Positions 15,558 to 23,465 of a stretch of 46,305 nt of DNA are shown here, piece after piece. Every line of letters begins with the position of its first letter. Within the stretch, counting starts at the first letter, position 1. Where the stretch lies: assembly GCA_043825135.1 (NCBI GenBank), contig JBDRSF010000022.1, positions 1 to 46,305 of the forward strand, given 5' to 3'. Position numbers and translations under genes: made by a program. This DNA comes from Candidatus Magasanikiibacteriota bacterium. Its GTDB lineage: Bacteria; Patescibacteriota; Patescibacteriia; Magasanikbacterales; UBA922. The notes beneath the pieces are model-generated. The model made no database searches. It was given only the letters and a program-made list of their open reading frames with translations, and was not told the DNA's origin.

Positions 15558-16535
15558 TTATTTCAATCCATTTAAATAATTTTTTAATTCACTTGGCAAT
15601 TCACTCTCAAAACAAACCTTCTCACCCTTCAAATCTTCAAAACACAGTTTCCTTGCATGCAAAAATAATCTACCTAATTTTTTTTCAGTTTTCTTTATTA
15701 ATTTTTTATTAAAGTACAAAGTATCACCCACAACCGGATGCCCAAAAGCAAACATATGCACACGAATCTGGTGTGTTCTCCCGGTGTGGATTTTTACCTT
15801 AAGAAAACTAAAACGTGACAGCTCTTCTTCCACCCAAAATTCTGTCAAGGACTCACGACCCACTTGTTCTTTACCTACATTTTTCAATTTTAATGAATCT
15901 ATTTTAGGGCGTGAGGCCATTTTCCCATCAACTCCACGATCAATATCAAAATCAATCAAATTATGTTCTTTTTGTATCTGACCATAAACCAAAACACCAT
16001 ATTCTTTTTCCACCTCCCTTTTTTGAAATTGTTTTTTAAGATGTTCAAACATTTTTTGAGTTCGCGCAATAACTAAGAGACCAGAGGCTTCTTTGTCTAA
16101 ACGATGAACAATGCCAGGTCTAATATTTGGTGCATCACCTACTTTTTTTATTTCTGGATACTTTTCCTTCAAAAAATCTGTCAGAGTATTTGGCTCAAAT
16201 GCTTCAGTTGGGTGAACTAGCATTCCAGCTGGCTTTTCTACTACCAAATAATTGGTCTCCTCTTTTATAATTTTAATCTTAAATCCTAAATCTTCGGCTT
16301 CCTCTTCTTTTATTTCTTCTTCCTCGGTCTTTTCCTCTTCCTTGACCACTACAGAAAACCCTTCTTTTAATAATTCTCCTGCTTTTTTAGGATTTTTATC
16401 ATTTACTAGTATCTGTCCACGTTTTATCATTTTCAAAATTTGAGATCGAGTTATCTCCAATTTTTCCGACAAAAAAATATCAAGACGTTTTCCTTGGTCA
16501 TCAAGATCAACGCTAAATTTTGCAGAGGATTTCAT
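15558..16535 (-). CDS. RluA-family 23S rRNA pseudouridine synthase (RluD-like, S4 domain)
   Basis: S4-like N-terminus (RLDIFLSEKLEITRSQILKMIKRGQILVN) and catalytic HRLDKEASGLLV motif. Confidence 0.85.
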   Translation of the reverse strand: MKSSAKFSVDLDDQGKRLDIFLSEKLEITRSQILKMIKRGQILVNDKNPKKAGELLKEGFSVVVKEEEKTEEEEIKEEEAEDLGFKIKIIKEETNYLVVEKPAGMLVHPTEAFEPNTLTDFLKEKYPEIKKVGDAPNIRPGIVHRLDKEASGLLVIARTQKMFEHLKKQFQKREVEKEYGVLVYGQIQKEHNLIDFDIDRGVDGKMASRPKIDSLKLKNVGKEQVGRESLTEFWVEEELSRFSFLKVKIHTGRTHQIRVHMFAFGHPVVGDTLYFNKKLIKKTEKKLGRLFLHARKLCFEDLKGEKVCFESELPSELKNYLNGLK

Positions 16536-16539
16536 AATG

Positions 16540-16612
16540 TGCGCCCAGATGGACTTGAACCATCGACCCCAACGTTATAAGCGTTGTGCTCTAACCACTG
16601 AGCTATGGGCGC
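16540..16612 (-). tRNA. tRNA-Ile with genomically encoded UAU anticodon
   Basis: Manual fold: acceptor GCGCCCA/TGGGCGC, D stem GCTC/GAGC, anticodon stem CAACG/CGTTG with loop CTTATAA, T stem GATGG/CCATC, T-loop TTCAAGT. Confidence 0.85.
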
Positions 16613-16716
16613 TTGTTACGAAAATATTATAGCAGAAATTAACAAACAAATCAATACCTTAGGTGAATAATCGGGATCTTGATTTTTTTACTAGAAAATG
16701 TTACAATATAGATAAT

Positions 16717-17445
16717 ATGAAACATAAAAAAATAGAAAAATTAATCACTCAGGCTCAAGACGCAATGAAAGGCTCTACTGATCCAATTCACGGGCTGAGT
16801 CATGTTAAGCGAGTAATAAAAAATGCAGAAAACATTTGTATTGATATGAACATAACCGGCCGACAAAAAGAAGCTCTGATTTTAGCTACCTATTGGCATG
16901 ATGTCTCGCGTACTATCACTAAATATCCTTCAATCTTCTGGATGGTCTTCTTGGATGATTTGATTTCAGCTTTTATGTTGTTAAAATCCTGCCTTAAACT
17001 TTGGTTATTTGGTTATGTGCCAAGCACTGCTATAAAAATCATTTTTTGCAAAAGCATTGGCACTGGGCGTTTACTAACCAAGATACTACTTAGAAAAAAA
17101 GATCAAATACTGCTAGATATTTTAAAGGATGCCGATATGCTGGACGTAATGCACACAGAAAGAATTGAAAATATAATGCCAATGGGCGAATTATCAAAAA
17201 TATATTTATTTAGTTACAAACGACTAGTAAATTATAATTTGAAACTAAAACATATAAATTTCAAAACTAAAACAGCTGTAAAACAATTTGAAAAAATTAT
17301 TAAACAATTAATTGATTTTTTACTCCGACCAGAAATCATAGCTTGGCACATACAACAATTTGGTCGCAAATGGTGTGGCGAGGTTAATAAAAAATTAAAT
17401 AACTTACTAGACTACATCACATTATTAAACTTACAAACTTGCTAA
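16717..17445 (+). CDS. HD-domain phosphohydrolase
   Basis: HGLSHVKRV...YWHDVSR pattern. Start moved to the ATG at 16717 because a TTGATT-17-TACAAT promoter (16679-16707) lies inside the longer ORF-track frame, implying a near-leaderless mRNA. Confidence 0.7.
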   Translation: MKHKKIEKLITQAQDAMKGSTDPIHGLSHVKRVIKNAENICIDMNITGRQKEALILATYWHDVSRTITKYPSIFWMVFLDDLISAFMLLKSCLKLWLFGYVPSTAIKIIFCKSIGTGRLLTKILLRKKDQILLDILKDADMLDVMHTERIENIMPMGELSKIYLFSYKRLVNYNLKLKHINFKTKTAVKQFEKIIKQLIDFLLRPEIIAWHIQQFGRKWCGEVNKKLNNLLDYITLLNLQTC

Positions 17446-18098
17446 ATATGTTTAATTTTTTATCACACAAAGAAAGGATAAATAGACATGCTGAAAGACA
17501 ATTGGAATTATACAGCCGACCATCAGTCGATTTTTTCGTTTTAATTGCTATTTCTGCCAGCCTAGCCACTCTTGGTCTAGCACTTGATAATTCAGCTATC
17601 ATTATTGGGGCCATGGTTGTAGCACCCTTGGTAACACCCATTTTTGGTTTTTCTCTTTATCTAATTTTATTCAAACCAAAAGGAATTGGTGAATCAATAT
17701 TTTCAATTTTAACAGGAACAATTTTAGCAATCATGATAGCCACTTTATTTGGTTTTTTGATTTTATTAATTGATGGTCAAAGTATTTCATCAACTACAGA
17801 AATTTTAAGTCGGACAAAACCTGATTTACTTTATTTTATTATTGCCTTACTTTCTGGTCTAGCCGGCGCCTTTGCTTATGTTAGACCAAAACTATCTGAA
17901 AAAATAGTTGGCATTGCAATTTCAGCGGCGATCATTCCACCATTAGCTGTAATGGGTTTATGTATAGCAATGCAAAATTGGAAAATACTTATGGCAAGTG
18001 AATTTTTATTTTTATTAAATTTTATTGGAATTTGTTTTGGTAGTATTATAATGTTTTTAATTTTAGGTTTTGGAAAAGAAGAGGAATTAAAAATGTAA
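17439..18098 (+). CDS. Polytopic membrane protein, DUF389-like
   Basis: Four to six predicted TM helices. Resemblance to DUF389/TIGR00341 is from memory only. Confidence 0.5.
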   Translation: MLNMFNFLSHKERINRHAERQLELYSRPSVDFFVLIAISASLATLGLALDNSAIIIGAMVVAPLVTPIFGFSLYLILFKPKGIGESIFSILTGTILAIMIATLFGFLILLIDGQSISSTTEILSRTKPDLLYFIIALLSGLAGAFAYVRPKLSEKIVGIAISAAIIPPLAVMGLCIAMQNWKILMASEFLFLLNFIGICFGSIIMFLILGFGKEEELKM

Positions 18099-18429
18099 AT
18101 AAAAATTTACAACATATTTAAAAAATACCTATTGGTATTTTTTATTTTGCAAAAAAAATTAGTAGACAAAGTTATACACAGTTTTTTTGTTTAGACTATA
18201 TCAAAAAAATTAAAAACAAACTATAATATAGATAACTAAAAGGTCGAATAAAATTTTTTACTTGCATTGAGTTTATCAAAGTGCTGTAAGAAATTTTATA
18301 AAAGTTTTTACAGCAATGCTTGTCTTGTGAAAACTTCCATGAATGTTTTTTTGATGTGTTGGTGTGTACCATGGTAACATCAAACAATAAAAACATTCAG
18401 TTAACAAACTAAGAGAGGAGGTGCACATT

Positions 18430-18579
18430 ATGCCAGCTAAAAAACGCGTACTAAAAAAGAAAGCTGCCCCTAAGAAAAAGGTAGCTAAAAAGAAACCAGT
18501 AGCTAAGAAAAAAGTTGCTAAAAAAGCAGTTAAGAAAGTAGCTAAGAAAAAGAAAGTAGCTAAGAAAAAGAAGAAATAA
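18430..18579 (+). CDS. 49-aa lysine/alanine-rich basic protein (histone H1-like low-complexity)
   Basis: Not in the ORF track because it is under 60 aa. GAGGAGGTG sits 6 nt before the ATG. Translation: MPAKKRVLKKKAAPKKKVAKKKPVAKKKVAKKAVKKVAKKKKVAKKKKK. A terminator follows immediately. Confidence 0.6.
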   Translation: MPAKKRVLKKKAAPKKKVAKKKPVAKKKVAKKAVKKVAKKKKVAKKKKK

Positions 18580-18592
18580 ATTTTCTTCAAAA

Positions 18593-18626
18593 AACACCCT
18601 GAGATTGTCGAAGGGTGTTTTTGTTT
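18593..18626 (+). terminator. Rho-independent terminator
   Basis: AACACCCT, 11-nt loop, AGGGTGTT, then TTTGTTT. Confidence 0.7.
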
Positions 18627-18835
18627 AAAAAATTTTTTGTAATATACTAATATACGAATTTACTAATTATACCAATGCTATACAAATATTTGTTGTTTTA
18701 AAAATAAAATTAAATAATATTTATCTAACATTGCCAGATTTTGGCTTAAATAAGAATTATCAAAATAAGCATTAGTATAGCATTGGTATAATTCGTATTA
18801 TTAGTATATTGGTATATTTTATTAGTATATTTACC
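18625..18835. repeat. AT-rich MITE-like inverted-repeat element
   Basis: Left arm ATATACTAATATACGAATTTACTAATTATACCAATGCTATAC and right arm GTATAGCATTGGTATAATTCGTATTATTAGTATATTGGTAT. A related copy is at 20165-20402. Confidence 0.5.
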
Positions 18836-20158
18836 TTATTCCAAATCAAAACGCACTTGCTTTCCTAATCCCCTATCCTCATCGCCACTAAAAACTTTTA
18901 CCACACCAAACTCACCATCATAACCAGGTTTTACAAAAATATTTCCTTTTCTAACCCTATCTATTGCTGTAGCGATTCGTTTTGAGCTATTTTCTTCAAT
19001 TGTATTTAGATCCGACTCAAGTAAAATATGAAACTCATTTCCAATTTTTTCTATCATTTCATCGTACTGAGCTTTTACTTTTTTAGTATTAACTCCACAA
19101 CCAAAAACGTCAGCGATAATTTCTGGTAAAGGAACCAGGCTTTTAAAAGGTATTATAAAAGACTGCCCTGAGCGAAGCCGAAGGACTTCCTCTTTTGTAC
19201 GATCAGCTAATTCATGCACACGATTTTCCACGCCAATGACTAATGGTTTTTTACATTTTGGACAAATTCCCTTTAATTTTTTAGTTTCTTCTGGCACACA
19301 AACAAAATTACAATTCCTGTGTCCATCATAATGATATCTTCCCTCTTCTGGATAAAATTCTATAGTATAAAGAAATTTTTCCTTGTCATTTTCTCTCAAA
19401 ATTCTCATGATCTCATCATAAGTTATCTCTTCTTCACTTTCAAATTGCATCACATTGGCCTCACGACCAAGCTTAGCACAAGAATGTGCATCTGAGTTGG
19501 AAATCAAAGTAATATTATCCAGCATTGATAATCGCCAATTCATAATTGGGTCAGATGAAAGTCCGGTTTCAATTGCAAAAATATGCGGAGTCAATTCTTC
19601 AAACGCTTCTTCCAAACTATCATAACCACCCTTACTACCAAAAACACCAAACCATGGTGTCCAAGCATGCGCTGGAATCATTACCATGCGTTTATCAACA
19701 ACTAACATTATTTCCAAAAGTTGTTTGCAGGTAAGTCCTAAAATTGGCCGCCCATCTGATTTCAAATTAAATCCCATTTCTTCCAATCTATTATTAAATT
19801 TCTCCACAATTTCCAAGCTCGGAGCAAACACACACAGATGAACTCGCCTGGTTTTATCTTTATGTTTTTTTATACACGATAATTCTGTGCCCAAGATAAA
19901 TCTCGTCTCAGGTAATTGGAAATTGAAAATTGGAAATTGTTTGTATCTTGTTTCTTGTATCTTAAAGACGCCGGGTGTATCCTCCACCAAACAATTTTTC
20001 ATATGTTGAAACCAAGCTGGGTGCGTAAAATCACTCGTCGCTACAATATCTATTCCCCTAATCTCACATGCCTTAGCAATACTAGGCAAATCCAAACCAG
20101 GCGAGCAAGCGCGTGAATATTTTGAGTGGATATGTAAATCAAGTATTTGTTTAATCAT
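18836..20158 (-). CDS. PHP-domain protein, endonuclease Q-like
   Basis: N-terminal DLHIHSKYSRACS PHP motif and a CPKCKKP zinc-ribbon-like segment. The family call is from memory. Confidence 0.6.
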   Translation of the reverse strand: MIKQILDLHIHSKYSRACSPGLDLPSIAKACEIRGIDIVATSDFTHPAWFQHMKNCLVEDTPGVFKIQETRYKQFPIFNFQLPETRFILGTELSCIKKHKDKTRRVHLCVFAPSLEIVEKFNNRLEEMGFNLKSDGRPILGLTCKQLLEIMLVVDKRMVMIPAHAWTPWFGVFGSKGGYDSLEEAFEELTPHIFAIETGLSSDPIMNWRLSMLDNITLISNSDAHSCAKLGREANVMQFESEEEITYDEIMRILRENDKEKFLYTIEFYPEEGRYHYDGHRNCNFVCVPEETKKLKGICPKCKKPLVIGVENRVHELADRTKEEVLRLRSGQSFIIPFKSLVPLPEIIADVFGCGVNTKKVKAQYDEMIEKIGNEFHILLESDLNTIEENSSKRIATAIDRVRKGNIFVKPGYDGEFGVVKVFSGDEDRGLGKQVRFDLE

Positions 20159-20164
20159 AGAATA

Positions 20165-20402
20165 AAAGATACCGATATACTAATTTTACGAATTATACCG
20201 ATTCGGCCTGAGCTCACGGCCGAAGGCTAATGGTATACTAATGTGTATTAAAGTAAAACTGGATTTAAATTGAATTTACTTCATATTACCAAAAGTTAAT
20301 TTTAAAAAATAATTATCAAAATAAGTATTAGTATTTATTCGTATCATTTCAACCAGAGGACTGATCCGTCCTTTGGTGGAAGTAAAATTAGTATATTAGT
20401 AT
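20165..20402. repeat. AT-rich MITE-like element with nested GC-rich palindromes
   Basis: Shares AATTATCAAAATAAG(C/T)ATTAGTAT and TACGAATTATACC words with 18625-18835. Carries TTCGGCCTGAGCTCACGGCCGAAGGCTAA (20201-20233) and CAGAGGACTGATCCGTCCTTTGG. Confidence 0.45.
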
Positions 20403-20405
20403 CTT

Positions 20406-20741
20406 TTATTTAAAATCAATCCTAAACTCCACTCCATGATCTTGAAAGCCAAGACTCTTATAAAAACGATGAACATTTTCACGAGAATAACGAGAAATTC
20501 CAATTAACTTATAACACTTCTGTACTTTGGCTTCTTCAATTACCGCCCTTACCAGTTCCCGACCAACACCTTGACTGCGATATTCCCCTTCCACAAAAAC
20601 ATCTTCAAGTAAGCCGTATGGTTCATCATGTAAATTATTATAAATTAAATATAAATAAGCCCGACCCACTTCTTTTCCATCAACTTCGGCAGTAAATTTA
20701 ATTACATATTTTTCATGTATAATTTCTTTTTTAATATTCAT
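20406..20741 (-). CDS. GNAT-family N-acetyltransferase
   Basis: Motif A-like RSQGVGRELVRAVIEEAK. Confidence 0.85.
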   Translation of the reverse strand: MNIKKEIIHEKYVIKFTAEVDGKEVGRAYLYLIYNNLHDEPYGLLEDVFVEGEYRSQGVGRELVRAVIEEAKVQKCYKLIGISRYSRENVHRFYKSLGFQDHGVEFRIDFK

Positions 20742-20841
20742 ATTTTTATAAAATAATTAATGGAACGCCAATCTCCATAATTACCCCAATTTACCAAAAT
20801 TCAAATTGTGGTTAATTTTGGTCATTGTGGTAATTGGCGTT

Positions 20842-21822
20842 CTATCCTTTTTTAATAATATTTTTCAAAATATCACTTAATTTTTCATCACACAATCCAC
20901 CGCCCTTTCTCTCAAAATCACCCTGCACAACCTCACAATCACAATTCTCTACGTCACAAGGAACTGTTTCCCAACCACGTGAATTATAAAAATCTTTTTC
21001 CTCACTGCTTAATTTATGATTATTACAAACAACACTATCTAAATTCCTTGGTAAATAACTTTGAAGTTCTCGAACTGCTTCACTAACTTTTTTTGGGCCT
21101 GTCTCGCCATTGTCGTGCCTGGCATTACCCGCAATATAAATAAGTTTTGCATTGGACTTTTCTACTGCTTCTTTAAAACCTTTTGCAAGGGTGGTCGCCA
21201 CGATACTAGTATACAAACTACCAGGCCCAAAAATTATATAATCGGCTTGTTCTAAAACCTTAGTGGCATCTTCATAAATCTTAGCTTCTGGTTCTAGCCA
21301 GACTTTTTTAATTCGTAAATTCTTATCATATTTTGGTTGATCCAGCTCACCTTCTGTTTTTATAATCTCGCCATTATCCAATTCCCCAACTAAGTCATTT
21401 ACTTGTAAAGTAACAGGATAAACATGGCCAACTGCATCCACAGCTTGTTCTAGGGCACGAACAGATTGAACATAATCACCACCATATTGTTCTCCCAACA
21501 CTAAAAACAAATTCCCCAAATTATGCTTATCTAACTTGCCAACATTTTCAAACCTATTTTTATAAAAAATCTTTTTTAAAATAGGAAAAGGAAACGGAGA
21601 CATAGCCAAAACTGCTCGCATCACATCTCCAGGTGGCAAGGTATTAAATTCATCTCGCAATCTACCAGTTGAACCACCTGAATCACTCATGGACACAACT
21701 GCTGAAATTTCTAAGACATTGTTTAGTTTTTTTAAGGCATTTAGAGTAATGGCGGTTCCATTGCCTCCACCTACTACTACTATTTTAAGCATTGATTTAG
21801 ACTGATTCATAACTTTTTTCAA
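20842..21822 (-). CDS. YvcK/CofD-family (UPF0052) gluconeogenesis-factor-like protein
   Basis: VVVGGGNGTAITLNALKK and MSDSGGSTGRLRDEF motifs. Confidence 0.85.
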   Translation of the reverse strand: MKKVMNQSKSMLKIVVVGGGNGTAITLNALKKLNNVLEISAVVSMSDSGGSTGRLRDEFNTLPPGDVMRAVLAMSPFPFPILKKIFYKNRFENVGKLDKHNLGNLFLVLGEQYGGDYVQSVRALEQAVDAVGHVYPVTLQVNDLVGELDNGEIIKTEGELDQPKYDKNLRIKKVWLEPEAKIYEDATKVLEQADYIIFGPGSLYTSIVATTLAKGFKEAVEKSNAKLIYIAGNARHDNGETGPKKVSEAVRELQSYLPRNLDSVVCNNHKLSSEEKDFYNSRGWETVPCDVENCDCEVVQGDFERKGGGLCDEKLSDILKNIIKKG

Positions 21823-22819
21823 TCGTGTTAATTATATTTTTTGCTATTTTTACCACCTGCCCTGGATTCTCGTGCAGGCTAGTCTCCTGTGATAACCATA
21901 TCCCAGTTGCACCATCCAAAACAATATTTGTTAGATATCCAATCTCTGATCTAGCCGGGACTGATTTTTGTAGACAACTTCCCAAAATTTGCGTCGCTAC
22001 AATTACTGGTTTATTTTTTTTCTTACATAAATAACAAATCTTTTTTTGTTCTAAAATAATTTTTGCATAATCTGTCGTAACACCCAGATCTCCCCTGGCA
22101 ATAACAATCTCGTCAGCTGTATCTATAATTTCTTCTATTTTGTTTAAACCTCCCAGCGACTCTACCTTGGCCAAAATCTTTGGCCGCCATGAATCGCCAT
22201 ATAATTTTTTAATTTGCACACGGATACACTGTATATGACTGGCCGACGCCACAAACGAGATGGCAACATAATCTGGCTTTATATCTTGAAAAAGTTTTAA
22301 AGAATCAGTCGCTATTTCACAATGATTGAGATCATCTGCCAATCTATTTGAAATTAGACTGCGGTACTGATCCACAAAACCACCATCGGGAAAAATTATT
22401 TTTACTTCTTTGTCTGAAACAATTTCCTTTATCTCAAAAAATACCTCTCCATCACCAATCATAATCTTATCCCCTACCTTAAAAAAGTTTTTAAAACTCA
22501 TTACATCCACTGGAATAAAATTATTTATTGTTCTACTAAATTTTGCTGGTTTTAATGTATAGATTTTATCTTTTACCACATCTTCTTTACCTAATTCCAG
22601 ACTTCCCAAACGTATTTTATGCTCAGGTAAATCAACTAATATTTTTGTATTAGAATTTTCTTCATTAATAACTTTCTTTACTACCTCAACAACTTTCAAA
22701 GCCTCTTTATTAGAAACATGAGCAAACTTAATCCGCAAGATGTCTGCTCCGGCTTGGATAATTTCGCGAACTTTTTCCTGATCAACAGGACTCTTGAATA
22801 TTGTGGCTGTGATTTGCAT
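21797..22819 (-). CDS. pyk: Pyruvate kinase, short form lacking the C-terminal domain
   Basis: The barrel-domain motifs align by eye: ADILRIKFAHVS, KVESLGG, IARGDLGV, VATQIL, VLDGATGIWLSQET. The ORF is only 340 aa. Confidence 0.8.
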   Translation of the reverse strand: MQITATIFKSPVDQEKVREIIQAGADILRIKFAHVSNKEALKVVEVVKKVINEENSNTKILVDLPEHKIRLGSLELGKEDVVKDKIYTLKPAKFSRTINNFIPVDVMSFKNFFKVGDKIMIGDGEVFFEIKEIVSDKEVKIIFPDGGFVDQYRSLISNRLADDLNHCEIATDSLKLFQDIKPDYVAISFVASASHIQCIRVQIKKLYGDSWRPKILAKVESLGGLNKIEEIIDTADEIVIARGDLGVTTDYAKIILEQKKICYLCKKKNKPVIVATQILGSCLQKSVPARSEIGYLTNIVLDGATGIWLSQETSLHENPGQVVKIAKNIINTIEKSYESV

Positions 22820-22829
22820 AATTTCTCTG

Positions 22830-23453
22830 TTCTACCCAGCTTTAGCTGGGGTGACGAGGCTTGAGCCTCGCCATTTCTCCTATATCAAGTGAATAATCCT
22901 CCTTATTTTCATCTAATTGTAGTACATTATAAATCAATAATCTCATTTTCTCTTCGCCATATTTTCCAACAAAATGTTCATAACTACAATACCTATTAAA
23001 ACGCAAATCTGAAATCTTATTCACTTCTTTATGTTTTAGTAAATTTCCACACACATAACCAGCAATTCCCCAATACATGTTCATGTCTTTTATATACACA
23101 GTCTTAGCATTTCCCCACATTTCCTTATACTTATAAGAAAATCTATCTCTATAATTCTTACTAACCCCACCATGAATAAACTGTTTTATTTTTGGTATCA
23201 ACTGATCGTTGTCGCAACAAACTATTAGATGATAATGATTTATCTGAATACTGTAAGCTGAAACTGTCACACCATATTTTTCTTTTAGCTTTGCAATTCT
23301 GTCATAGACAATATCTTTTTGTTGACTGGTTTTAAAATAAGGATAGTGCAAAAAGGTTGATCCAGTTAAAAAATATATTCCAGATTGATAGTAAGACATA
23401 TCTATGAATTAGCGGAGCTAAAGCTCCGTCACCCCAGCTAAAGCTGGGTAAAA
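22830..23453 (-). mobile_element. RAYT gene bracketed by inverted REP hairpin pairs (REPtron-like unit)
   Basis: Left end TTCTACCCAGCTTTAGCTGGGGTGACGAGGCTTGAGCCTCGCC (22830-22872). Right end reverse-complemented (23412-23453) is TTTTACCCAGCTTTAGCTGGGGTGACGGAGCTTTAGCTCCGC. Confidence 0.7.
22842..23399 (-). CDS. IS200/RAYT-like HUH (Y1) transposase
   Basis: HUH motif NHYHLIV and a Tyr motif GYVCGNLLKHK. The 3' end of the ORF runs into the left REP hairpins. Confidence 0.75.
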   Translation of the reverse strand: MSYYQSGIYFLTGSTFLHYPYFKTSQQKDIVYDRIAKLKEKYGVTVSAYSIQINHYHLIVCCDNDQLIPKIKQFIHGGVSKNYRDRFSYKYKEMWGNAKTVYIKDMNMYWGIAGYVCGNLLKHKEVNKISDLRFNRYCSYEHFVGKYGEEKMRLLIYNVLQLDENKEDYSLDIGEMARLKPRHPS

Positions 23454-23465
23454 TACAAATATCTG

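Noticed and set aside
18196-18590. Minus-strand ORFs 18196-18396 and 18276-18590 (FFLATFFL repeats)
   Set aside because: This is the mirror image of the plus-strand Lys-rich gene, which has a strong SD and terminator. The Phe/Leu repeat is the complement of AAG/AAA codons.
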